A stretch of 64,000 nt of DNA from Podarcis cretensis (lineage: Eukaryota). The stretch covers positions 66,340,001-66,404,000 of the forward strand of contig OX638150.1 in the NCBI GenBank assembly GCA_951804945.1, written 5' to 3'. A program made the translations under genes and the position numbers. Under the pieces are notes generated by a model that was not told the DNA's origin, did not search any database, and saw only the letters and a program-made list of their open reading frames with translations. Positions 26,573 through 35,641 of this stretch are shown piece by piece. How positions within the stretch are numbered: the stretch's first letter is position 1; every line of letters starts with the position of its first letter.

Positions 26573-28324
26573 AGTGCTAATCCTTTATAGCAGCAAAAAT
26601 CTATTTGGAATAAGAAAAGCAATATACCCTACACTGACTAATCAAATAAACCAGCAGTTTAGAATAAACACACACTAAAATAAAGAACCATCCTGGCTAG
26701 CCTTATCATATACCTACTCAGCCTTGAGAAACACATACCCTGGAAGGCAAAAAAAGCTGGCTTGTTCACCTGCATTGTAAGAATAAGCAATTCTAGCCTT
26801 CAGAACAAAATTATTAAAGGTACAGGAGCCCTGTCCTGTATTACATCTGGACACACTGCCTGAAAGGCTGCTGTTAAAGGCACAAGAACCTGAGCTATTA
26901 AAAAAGTTGGCAACCATAACTAGAAACAGTTTGAAATTGTTGACTTATTCATCCACCCCATACATACTGAACATACATTTAAAGTCCATGACTTCCACCA
27001 AAGAATCCTGGGAAGTTCCCTTTATTAAGCGTGCTGAGAACAGTAGCTCTGTACAGTTCCCATGGATCTTTGGTGGAAACCATGGGCTTTAAATGTGTGC
27101 TAAATGTACTGCATGTTCAGAATTCATTCAGTGGTCTCATGCTACTTTTCCTACATCTTCATCACATCATACCTTTTGATAACAGTCCGGACTATCTTAA
27201 AAAAAGAGAACCCTGTTCCTGTGCTTTTAATTAGTAGCCTAATCCAAAGAAATTTAGCAGGTGAAGTTTTTCCCGGCGTAAAGTTATGGGGAAAGCTTCG
27301 ACTACTTGATTAATGCCAAGCTGCTATAAAAGGCTAGGCTGCTAAAATGTAAGCAACCCGATATATGAGTGGCATCAAAATGTAGGTTTGTGTTCTACTT
27401 CTCCTACATTAATATTCTTGATTAGGAAAGGGGGCAGATTGTGTTGTCTGTCTCAGGCCAAACAGATCAAAGACTAAATATTCAAAAGGATTCTGCTCTC
27501 AGGCATTGAAATTTTAGGTCAGATTTTGAAAGGTGCTAAGCATCTAACTGCTGCCATTATATCATCTAGGGCTGGATTTATGGAAGAGCTCAGCATGCCT
27601 CAGATACAGAAGCTGAAGTATTTAAAGTTATGAGTGGCAAGCTATTTTAAAACCTGCCCACGAGGGATAATCAATACATGTTGCAGCATAATTTCTAAAG
27701 AGGCATGAATTCATAGCCACAAAACACGGAGTGAGGGGACTTACATGGTTAGAGTATTCGCAATACTAGCCGTTTCTCACAAAACAGGCAATAACAGGAG
27801 AGGATATTGTCCCCCCCCCCCCAATTTTGTTATGACTTCCAGAGGGGCTGCTGTGCTAGTCTGTTTCTGGGGGGAAACAATAAGCATCTCAAAGGTTGAT
27901 AGATATATTGTGGCATATGTTTCCATGGATAAGAGACTACTTTATTAGATGCATTCATCAAATCTATGCAAGTCAACCTCATCTCAAGACAAAGATGGCC
28001 AAACTGACATAACTTGGAAATGAATGAAATAATGGTGTAACATATCTGAGCCCAAACTCCTCATACTCCATGGAAGTATGCATGATCAAACCTTTATGTT
28101 CTGTGTTAATCAAGCCACAATAACGGCCAAGCCCTGATTCTATATTCAGGTTGCTAATTCTGCTACAATCGTACTGACCTAGGATTAAGTCCCATTGAAC
28201 TCAATGAGTCTGGCTTCTGAATAGACACATATAAGAACTTGCTGTTAACTCATTTTAGTTAGGAGCATGTTCATGTTAGTTTTGGACCCAATACTAATCT
28301 AGTCCAGCATCTTGTCTTCGTGGC

Positions 28325-28694
28325 TGAAATATACTCAGAGTCGCAAAGTGATTTCATGCTCTTTATTCAGCTCATAGTGGTGAGGAGGAATGAATGAAAG
28401 TCCCCTCAAGGTATCTGCTTTATATACATTATTTACACAATGGGCTGAACATGATTGGCTAATTCCGGAATTCTACTGTAAGCCAATCAGGTTGTGGATT
28501 CACTTCTATCTGGAGCATGATTGGGTAGTTCCTGCCAACCAATCATACTGCTGCATTGTTCTAGGACCAATCAGACTGCTGCATTCTGAATCCTATTGTT
28601 CTAGGACCAATCAGGCTGCTGCCTTTTGGATCCTATTGTTCTAGGGCCAATCAGACTGCTGCAGTTTGGATCCTATTCAACCCAGTACATAACA
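28325..28694 (-). repeat. 3' LTR of the Gypsy element (370 bp)
   Basis: Direct repeat of 32908-33277 (offset 4583). The two 84-aa ORF-track entries inside the LTRs are identical. Confidence 0.97.
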
Positions 28695-28706
28695 CCCCTC
28701 CCCTCT
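28695..28706 (-). promoter_or_regulatory. Polypurine tract (PPT)
   Basis: Minus strand AGAGGGGAGGGG directly abuts the 3' LTR and overlaps the pol TAG stop (28705-28707). Confidence 0.9.
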
Positions 28707-30384
28707 AAGTTCCAGTCCTGCCCGGGAGGTCGCATTCATAGTCCTCAAGGTACGCTGGCGGCCTACGTGTGCGTTGCGGCCTGGGGTGTTCCCTGGTCCG
28801 GGGTTCAGGTTCTGGCTCGTGTTCCAAGGATGCTGGCTGTGATGGGGCTGTTTGGTCTGGCGCAACCGGCTCACTCAGTCGTGGTTCTGGTTCCGGTGTC
28901 CTTTCGGCCTCGCAGGTCCTCTCTGTATTTACTGATTCTGCCTCTCCTGCTGGCCCCTCGTGCTCTATGGGCCTCACTGCCCCTCTGTTCCCTTGGGACT
29001 CCTCTGCCCTTTCCTCCTCCTGGTTTTCTCCTGGGAATCGTCGCCGTATCTGGTCGCAGTGGCGGCGCCAGCATTGCCCCCCATCCGTTAGCACCTCATA
29101 CGACACGGGGCCAGTGACCCTGGTGACTGTGGCGGGTACCCATGCTGGGCCTGCCCCAAAATTCTTTGCGTACACTGGGTCCTGAGCCTCGAAGGTCCGG
29201 GGGTTCTTGCCTTCCCCCACCACTGCCTCATCCTGAGCTCTATCGGGGTGAAGGCGGTCCAATCTGATTGCAAGGCGCCGACCCATTAGTAGTTCAGCGG
29301 GGCTCCGGCCAGTCGTTGAGCTGGGGGTGCTGTGCTGTGCTAGAAGGAATGTGGCAAGGCGGTACTCCCAATCCCCTTGTGTCATACGGCGAAGGGTGTC
29401 CTTGGTGGTCCGCACCATGCGTTCTGCTTGGCCATTGGTGGCAGGGTGGAATGGCGCCGAACGGATGTGGCGGATGGCGTTCTGCGTTGTGAAGGTTTGG
29501 AATTCTCCTGACGTAAATGCAGTCCCGTTGTCTGAGACGAGAGTGTCAGGGAGCCCGTGGGTTGCAAACAGCCTGCGTAGTACCCGGATGGCTGCGGACG
29601 TAGAAGTGGACGGTACCAGTGCGACTTCCAGCCATTTGGTGTAGGAGTCCACCACTATGAAGAATGTTTTCCCCTGAAAGGGGCCAGCGAAGTCCACATG
29701 CAGGCGTGACCATGGTGCTCGGGCGGACTCCCAGGACTGGACTGGGGCCCTTGGGGGATCTGGGCGGGATTCTTGGCAGGCCTGGCAGTGTTTGACCCAG
29801 GCCTCTATCTCTCCGTCGATCCCCGGCCACCACACATAACTCCTGGCAAGGGCCTTCATTCTTACTACCCCTGGGTGTGTCTCGTGTAGGGCTGTGAGGA
29901 CCCTTTTGCGGAGGGGCTGGGGAACAACGACCCTGCTTCCCCATAACAGGCACCCCTTGTGGGCTGACAGTTCATGTTTGCGGGTTGTGTAGCCGGCGAA
30001 TTCTGGCCCGGGGCTGCTGCTGGGCCATCCCCTCCACACCCAGTCCAGGACCCGGGAGATGACCCTATCTTTCTTGGAATGGTGTGCAACTTCTTGTGCC
30101 TGAATGGGGCGGTCAGGAAGCAGCTCCAGGCTCATAACCTCTTGTGCAGGTGCTGGGTCGGGGCCTGTTTCCGGTAGTGGTAGCCTGCTGAGGGCGTCCG
30201 CATGGCCCATCGCCTTCCCCGGACGGTGAATCAGTGCATACTGGTAGCTGGCAAGGAAAATTGACCACCTGAGGACGCGAGGAGACAGCACTTGGGGGGT
30301 CTGCTTTTCAGGGGCAAACAAGCCAAGCAACGGCTTGTGGTCAGTCACCACGGTGAAGGGCCGCCCGTACAAGAAATCATGGAA
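28705..30384 (-). CDS. Gypsy pol, 3' part: rest of RNase H and integrase (out of frame with the 5' part by one extra base)
   Basis: FHDFLYGRPFTVVTDHKPL...ADALSRLP. HHCC motif (HETH...CQAC). Catalytic core HVDFAG / SDNG / GQAER. Frame break lies at the T8 run 30385-30392. Confidence 0.93.
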   Translation of the reverse strand, partial: FHDFLYGRPFTVVTDHKPLLGLFAPEKQTPQVLSPRVLRWSIFLASYQYALIHRPGKAMGHADALSRLPLPETGPDPAPAQEVMSLELLPDRPIQAQEVAHHSKKDRVISRVLDWVWRGWPSSSPGPEFAGYTTRKHELSAHKGCLLWGSRVVVPQPLRKRVLTALHETHPGVVRMKALARSYVWWPGIDGEIEAWVKHCQACQESRPDPPRAPVQSWESARAPWSRLHVDFAGPFQGKTFFIVVDSYTKWLEVALVPSTSTSAAIRVLRRLFATHGLPDTLVSDNGTAFTSGEFQTFTTQNAIRHIRSAPFHPATNGQAERMVRTTKDTLRRMTQGDWEYRLATFLLAQHSTPSSTTGRSPAELLMGRRLAIRLDRLHPDRAQDEAVVGEGKNPRTFEAQDPVYAKNFGAGPAWVPATVTRVTGPVSYEVLTDGGQCWRRHCDQIRRRFPGENQEEERAEESQGNRGAVRPIEHEGPAGEAESVNTERTCEAERTPEPEPRLSEPVAPDQTAPSQPASLEHEPEPEPRTREHPRPQRTRRPPAYLEDYECDLPGRTGT

Positions 30385-32782
30385 TTTTTTTTACTCCCTT
30401 CACGATTGCCAGACCCTCCTTGTCGATTTGCGAGTAGTTCCGCTCGGTTGCGTTGAGTGTCTGGGAAAAGTATGCCACTGGTACCTCTCTTCCATCCGGG
30501 AGTTGGTGTCCCAGGACAGCGCCAATTCCATAGGGCGAGGCGTCGCATGCTAGCACCACCGGCAGCCTCTCGTCGAAGTGTGCCAAGACCGAGTTTGAGA
30601 CAAGCAAGTCCTTGACTGCCTGGAATGCGGCCTCCTGCCGCTGGCCCCACACCCAAGGGGCCCGCTTGTCCAGGAGTCTGTGTAGGGGCTCCGCTACCGC
30701 CGCCTTGTGGGGAAGGAAGGAATGGTAAAAGTTCAATAGTCCCAAGAAGGCCTGAAGTTCAGTCTTGTTCTTGGGCGCTGGGGCATCACAAATGGCCCGT
30801 ACCTTGTCCCCAGTCGGGTGGACCCCTTCTGCGTCCACCATAAATCCAAGAAAGTCCACCTGAGGCACTCCTAGTAGACATTTTTCCCGCTTCACCTTGA
30901 GACCCGCCGTCTGGAAACGGTGCAGAACGGTGCGGAGGCGGTCCTCAAACTCCTCTGGTGTGGGCCCGGCAATCAACACATCATCGAAGAAGGGGGTGAC
31001 GCCAGGAATCCCTTTAAGTAGAGAGTCCATTAGATTCTGGAATATGCCTGGTGCCACGCTGATACCGAATTGCAGCCGCTTTACCCTGAATGCTCCTCTG
31101 TGCGTCACAATCGTCTGTGCCTCTGCTGTGGCCTCATCTACTGGCAACTGTTGATATGCTTGGGCCAAGTCCAGCTTGCCAAAAATTTTCGACCCAGCCA
31201 GGGTGGCAAGAACATGGCTGACCACTGGCACTGGGTATGCATGGGCCGTAAGGGCCTTGTTTATGGTACATTTGTAGTCTGCACAGATGCGGACCGAACC
31301 ATTAGGCTTGACGGGTGTGACAATTGGGGTTTCCCAGGGGGCATTAGGCACCGGCTCCAGCACTCCTTGCTCCACAAGCCGGTCCAATTCCTCGTCTATA
31401 CGGGGTTTCAGGGCAAACGGGACCCGGCGGGCCTTGAGCCTGACCGGTCGTACTGCGGGGTCAAGCTGTAGAGCAATTGGGGGGCCCGTATACTGTCCCA
31501 ATTTCCCATCAAAAACCCCCGGAAATTCCTTGCATATGGCGTCCACGTCCACTTGTAAGCTAGTGTGGTTCACCCCGGTGACGGCTAGCCCCAGTGGTCC
31601 AAACCATGCCAATCCCAGTAAGCTAATGTAGGGGCCCTTGACCACCAGCAATTCCAGTTGCCGCGTCCGCCCTCGGTATTGCACCCTGAAGGTCCCCACC
31701 CCCATTGTGGGGACCTTACGTTTCTGGAAGTCCCGGAGGGTGAATGGGGCCGGCCTGAGTTTGGGACCCCCAGTAGGACACAGTTTCCTTAAGGTCCTTG
31801 CCGAGATTATGGATAGAGTTGAACCCGTGTCAAGCTCCATGCGGCATGGGGCCCCCTCTATCTGTACGTCAACATAAATTTTCTCTACGTTGGGGTGGGG
31901 CAACTGGTATACCTGGAAGTCCGTGAGCTCCGTCGAGTTGCCTTGGTGCGTTGGGCCCCGGGACCTGGGGCTCTTGGATTGGTCATCTGATGCCTGGCGT
32001 CGGGTGGGCCGAGCCCGACACACCCGGGCGATGTGTCCCGATTTTCTGCACTGCCTGCACTCTGCGTTGCGGAAACGGCAGGTCCTCCTCTCGTGACTTT
32101 CTCCGCAACTTGCGCAGTTTCCTCCTTCTCGTCGAGGCAGCTGTGGTATGTGGGCTGCTTGAGTGCGCTGCTGTACTCGGTGCACCTCCTCCCTGTTGGA
32201 TCCTGAGTCGTCGGTGAGGTCTTCATGGTGGACCCTCGGTTGGGATGGCTGGCTCGGCCGTGCCTCTTGCGTCGACCTCTCGGCAGCTTCCGTTGCCAGG
32301 GCCTCCTCCAGAGCGACCTGGAACGTTAGGTCCTTCTTAGCGTAGAGGCGTCGTTGCAGCTTCTCATCCCTCAGGCCACCGACGAGGCGGTCACGAAGCA
32401 TGTTCTCCAGCTCTGAGAAGTTGCAGAACCGGGCGGCTTGGCGGAGAGAGGTCACAAACCCAGTTATGGTTTCCCCAGGGGCTTGCCGCTTTGCATAGAA
32501 GGCATTTCGACGAGCCACCACTGAGGGCTGTGGCGAAAAGTGCCCCTTCAGCTGTTCCATTATTGTTTTGTATGGAACAGTAGCAACGTCTTCAGGCGCA
32601 AGGAGAGCCCGGGCAATTTCAAATGTCTCCTCTCCGCAAACGCTGAAGAATATTGCCCTCTTCTTGGCGTCTTCTTCATCGGTGACCCCTTTGGCTTCTA
32701 GGAGGAAGGTGAAACGGGAGGCGTACGCTTCCCAGTCTCCGGATGCTGGGTTGAACGGTGAGAAGCTGCTGTTGGTTGCCAT
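30377..32782 (-). CDS. Gypsy gag-pol, 5' part: Gag (two Zn knuckles), protease, RT, start of RNase H
   Basis: 801-aa ORF. Knuckles CASCGESHERRTC and CRQCRKSGHIARVC. Protease LDTGS. RT motifs RICADY, KLDLAQAY, LQFGI, FFDD, FLG. RNase H CDAS...YSQIDKEGLAIV. Confidence 0.95.
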   Translation of the reverse strand: MATNSSFSPFNPASGDWEAYASRFTFLLEAKGVTDEEDAKKRAIFFSVCGEETFEIARALLAPEDVATVPYKTIMEQLKGHFSPQPSVVARRNAFYAKRQAPGETITGFVTSLRQAARFCNFSELENMLRDRLVGGLRDEKLQRRLYAKKDLTFQVALEEALATEAAERSTQEARPSQPSQPRVHHEDLTDDSGSNREEVHRVQQRTQAAHIPQLPRREGGNCASCGESHERRTCRFRNAECRQCRKSGHIARVCRARPTRRQASDDQSKSPRSRGPTHQGNSTELTDFQVYQLPHPNVEKIYVDVQIEGAPCRMELDTGSTLSIISARTLRKLCPTGGPKLRPAPFTLRDFQKRKVPTMGVGTFRVQYRGRTRQLELLVVKGPYISLLGLAWFGPLGLAVTGVNHTSLQVDVDAICKEFPGVFDGKLGQYTGPPIALQLDPAVRPVRLKARRVPFALKPRIDEELDRLVEQGVLEPVPNAPWETPIVTPVKPNGSVRICADYKCTINKALTAHAYPVPVVSHVLATLAGSKIFGKLDLAQAYQQLPVDEATAEAQTIVTHRGAFRVKRLQFGISVAPGIFQNLMDSLLKGIPGVTPFFDDVLIAGPTPEEFEDRLRTVLHRFQTAGLKVKREKCLLGVPQVDFLGFMVDAEGVHPTGDKVRAICDAPAPKNKTELQAFLGLLNFYHSFLPHKAAVAEPLHRLLDKRAPWVWGQRQEAAFQAVKDLLVSNSVLAHFDERLPVVLACDASPYGIGAVLGHQLPDGREVPVAYFSQTLNATERNYSQIDKEGLAIVKGVKKIP

Positions 32783-32888
32783 TCTGAGTTCCTTGTGTCC
32801 CGGAGCTGAAGCCTGGATACACGGTGCGAGGCAGCGGTGCGGCAGGTGGCGGTGCTGCGGTGCTGTGTGTGGCAGTCAGCTCAGCGGG

Positions 32889-32906
32889 ATCCCATCCTCG
32901 TCGCCA
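32889..32906 (-). promoter_or_regulatory. Primer-binding site, tRNA-Ser(GCT)-type
   Basis: Minus strand TGGCGACGAGGATGGGAT, 1 nt after the 5' LTR. Complementary to the vertebrate tRNA-Ser(GCT) 3' end ...ATCCCATCCTCGTCG-CCA (recalled). Confidence 0.85.
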
Positions 32907-32907
32907 G

Positions 32908-33277
32908 TGAAATATACTCAGAGTCGCAAAGTGATTTCATGCTCTTTATTCAGCTCATAGTGGTGAGGAGGAATGAATGAAAGTCCCCTCAAGGTATCTG
33001 CTTTATATACATTATTTACACAATGGGCTGAACATGATTGGCTAATTCCGGAATTCTACTGTAAGCCAATCAGGTTGTGGATTCACTTCTATCTGGAGCA
33101 TGATTGGGTAGTTCCTGCCAACCAATCATACTGCTGCATTGTTCTAGGACCAATCAGACTGCTGCATTCTGAATCCTATTGTTCTAGGACCAATCAGGCT
33201 GCTGCCTTTTGGATCCTATTGTTCTAGGGCCAATCAGACTGCTGCAGTTTGGATCCTATTCAACCCAGTACATAACA
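32908..33277 (-). repeat. 5' LTR of the Gypsy element (370 bp)
   Basis: Minus strand reads TGTTATG...ATTTCA. Identical by eye to 28325-28694. TATATAAA at 33002-33009(-), AATAAA at 32945-32950(-), multiple CCAAT boxes. Confidence 0.97.
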
Positions 33278-33355
33278 GTGGCCAACTGGATGCCTACAGG
33301 AAACATACAAGCAGGATCTGAGTGCAAGAGCACTTTGCTCATTTACAATTCCCAC

Positions 33356-34671
33356 TAGGGCCAACCCAAGACATTTTGGAATCTGAGATGAACCACAAAA
33401 TGGCACCCCCATTTTCCACCAGGGAAGAAGGAGTGAGGCATCTGATCAAGGCCTGTATTTTAAAATGAGCTTAAAGATATATTTGCAAATGTTTGTATGT
33501 TTCATGCCAGGCAGAAACCAGCTGGCTAAGTACTTTGGCAGTTGTTTATCTTCCTGCTCTCCTGAACAAGGGCCCCTCTGATTTATAGCAGTAGCAGGAG
33601 ACAAGTTTCTCAAAGTTGTAAAAGGGAATTACAGGCTGGGAGCAAATGTTACACTGACCCTACATATTACAGAATACAATCAAGCTGCAAAAACGCTAAT
33701 TAAGAGTTGGTAAATAGTAAGATTTATTGTTTAACAGAAAATAATACCATGTGCCTCTCATCAGACTCTAGCCATATTTTCCTAAGGTTTAAGGTATACT
33801 GAGAGAGTTAAAGGGCAATAAATTTTGGGAAGAGCTAATGGTAAAAGCAGCTGGCTGGGAAAGGGGGGTGTAAACGGAAGAGGCTTCTTTTGAAGCTGTT
33901 TTTTTACTGAGTTCTTTTTTACTTTGCGAAGGCCTTTTCTTCTAAAAAGCTATGTTATGTATGAGATTTGTTGGCTTAATGTAATTAGGCAAAGGATTTA
34001 GAAAGTAAGAAATGTTAGATTCTTATGTTAGATTCTTATTTCATTGATGGTGTGTGAGAATGTGAACCCAAGATCTCTGTTTAGATAGAATTTAATACCA
34101 CGAGCCATTTGTTTTAGCCATTTGTTTTGGAATGCAGGGGCAACAGGGGCAAAAGGTGATCTGGTAATTAAGGTGCCTTGTCGAGGCAAATGTAAGATAT
34201 ATGGCTACTTGTCTGCCATTTATGGATAGAAAGAAATATAGCTCTTTGTCTCCCATAAAAGGTAATAGGAAATGGGTATATCTTTTATGATTGGTTCTAG
34301 CAAACAGCCAATAGGAATTTCGACCAGGCTGATTGGACAGAGGCAGCCAAAGGAGGAGCAAGGGGGCTGGGCTGAGGAAATATAAGTGCTGGCCATCAGG
34401 GCTGGAAGGGGCAGAGCTTAGGTAACCATATACCACTGTGCCTATCATTTATTTGTCTGACAAATAAATTATTATTTTAATTTCTCTATTGCTGCATTGA
34501 ATATTTCATTCCAGCTAAGCGTTAACCACAAGCAGGGTGCTACAGGAGCAACTGAAGATCTACATCAGGAACAAAGGGAAAAAAGTAAAATCTGGGTTGG
34601 GATCTGCTACCCCTGTGGATTCTGCCACCTGAGGCAGTAGCTTCAACTTGCCTCATGGGTGGCCAGCCCTG
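33356..34671. mobile_element. Non-autonomous hAT-like MITE interrupted by the solo LTR
   Basis: Termini TAGGGCCAACC...GGCCAGCCCTG. Degenerate 8-bp TSD (attcccac/gttccaac). Both halves resemble the uninterrupted copy at 52521-52758. Confidence 0.65.
33434..34544 (+). mobile_element. ERV-like (ERV1-type, 4-bp TSD) solo LTR, ~1.1 kb
   Basis: TGAGG...CTACA ends, flanked by GGAG at 33430-33433 and 34545-34548. CCAAT/ATTGG boxes at ~34289-34336, TATAA at 34381, AATAAA at 34463. It interrupts a MITE whose halves rejoin when it is removed. Confidence 0.7.
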
Positions 34672-35304
34672 GTTCCAACCAAGTATTCTTCATACACATG
34701 CCACCTCCAATGCTGTAGGTAGTACAGAGTTATCCTGGCTAGTAGCCATTCATAGCCTTATCCTACATGAATTTGTTTAATCCCCGTTTGATGCCATTCA
34801 TGTTGATGACCATTGATACATTTTGTGGGATTGAAGGTCATAGTTTCATCATCATCATTTTATTTGTATGCCACCTTTCCATAGTTAAAACAATGCTCAA
34901 GGCTAACAACATGACAAGATTTACATAATTACCAACATAACAAAAGTCATAAACAATAAATAAAGCACATCAAAGGTACACAACCAATTTCCACATAAAT
35001 AATAAAATCTAAAATTAAAAAATGCAACATTAATATCAATAACAATTTAAAATGACACAGTTAAAAAATAAAAACAATTTTTAAAAGGAGCCATCTCTGT
35101 CCAGCAGCAGCAGCAGCAGCAGCCGCCGCCCTTTATGGAGCCCTCCAGGCCCCACCCAAAGCCAGGTGGAGAGAGGCAGGGCAGGGCCCTTCAGGCTCCC
35201 AGCAGGTCAGTTTATCTATGTGCTGTAGGGAAGAGACACCTGTCAGCCACTAAGCCACTTCTGACAAGGTGTTACTTTTTAAGGTGCCACAAGATTTTGA
35301 GCAT

Positions 35305-35478
35305 ATGGACCCCCATACAGTTAAAGCATCTCCAACACACAGTTTAGGGAAGCTTTTAATGTTTGATGTATCACAGTATTTTAATATTCTTTTGGAAGCC
35401 GCCCAGAGTGGCTGGGGAAGCCCAGCCAGATGGGCAGGGTGTAAATAATAAATTCTTCTTCTTCTTCTTCTTCTTCTT

Positions 35479-35509
<31 letters not shown>

Positions 35510-35641
35510 TTGTTGTATGCTACTTCCCCCAAAGAATCCTGGGAACTGTAGTTTGTTAAGGACACTGGGAATTGTAGCTCTGGGGGGAAATCTACAAGTT
35601 CCAGGGGAAATCATGTGCCTTGAATGTATGGTGTGGATCTG
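35305..35641. mobile_element. Palindromic MITE carrying an L2 3' end with a (CTT)n tail; related copies at ~26960-27110 and ~46033-46170
   Basis: catac...aaagca / tgaatgtatggtgtgg ends and the core cccaaagaatcctgggaactgtag. The insert ggaagccgcccagagtggctgggga matches the L2 3' end at 11364-11388. Confidence 0.55.

Larger units (their letters stand above)
28325..33277 (-). mobile_element. Full-length Ty3/Gypsy LTR retrotransposon (Mag-like), 4953 bp
   Basis: Two 370-bp direct repeats with TG...CA ends. 5-bp TSD GTGGC at 28320-28324 and 33278-33282. PBS and PPT present. Domain order gag-PR-RT-RNaseH-IN. Confidence 0.97.
28295..34846 (-). mobile_element. Old CR1 LINE 3' end split into three pieces (28295-28324, 33278-33355, 34672-34846)
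   Basis: The pieces join into the reverse complement of the CR1 ORF2-end/3'UTR seen at 5552-6146: tctagtccagcatc...gtggccaactggatgcc...tagccattcatagccttatcctacatgaatttg. Confidence 0.65.

Noticed and set aside
28390-28644. Duplicated identical 84-aa ORF (also 32973-33227)
   Set aside because: It is simply an antisense frame through the two LTRs, made repetitive by the 40-bp units. No protein signature.
28555-28677. Regularly spaced direct repeats resembling a CRISPR array
   Set aside because: Head-to-tail 40-bp tandem units with no unique spacers, inside a eukaryotic LTR, with no cas genes.
30385-30392. Programmed -1 ribosomal frameshift
   Set aside because: Wrong direction (+1 is needed) and wrong position (mid-RNase H).
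28626-32960. Many overlapping 60-140-aa ORFs on both strands within the Gypsy element (possible antisense or env gene)
   Set aside because: Expected shadows of a GC-rich coding region. There is no room for env, since the pol stop overlaps the PPT.
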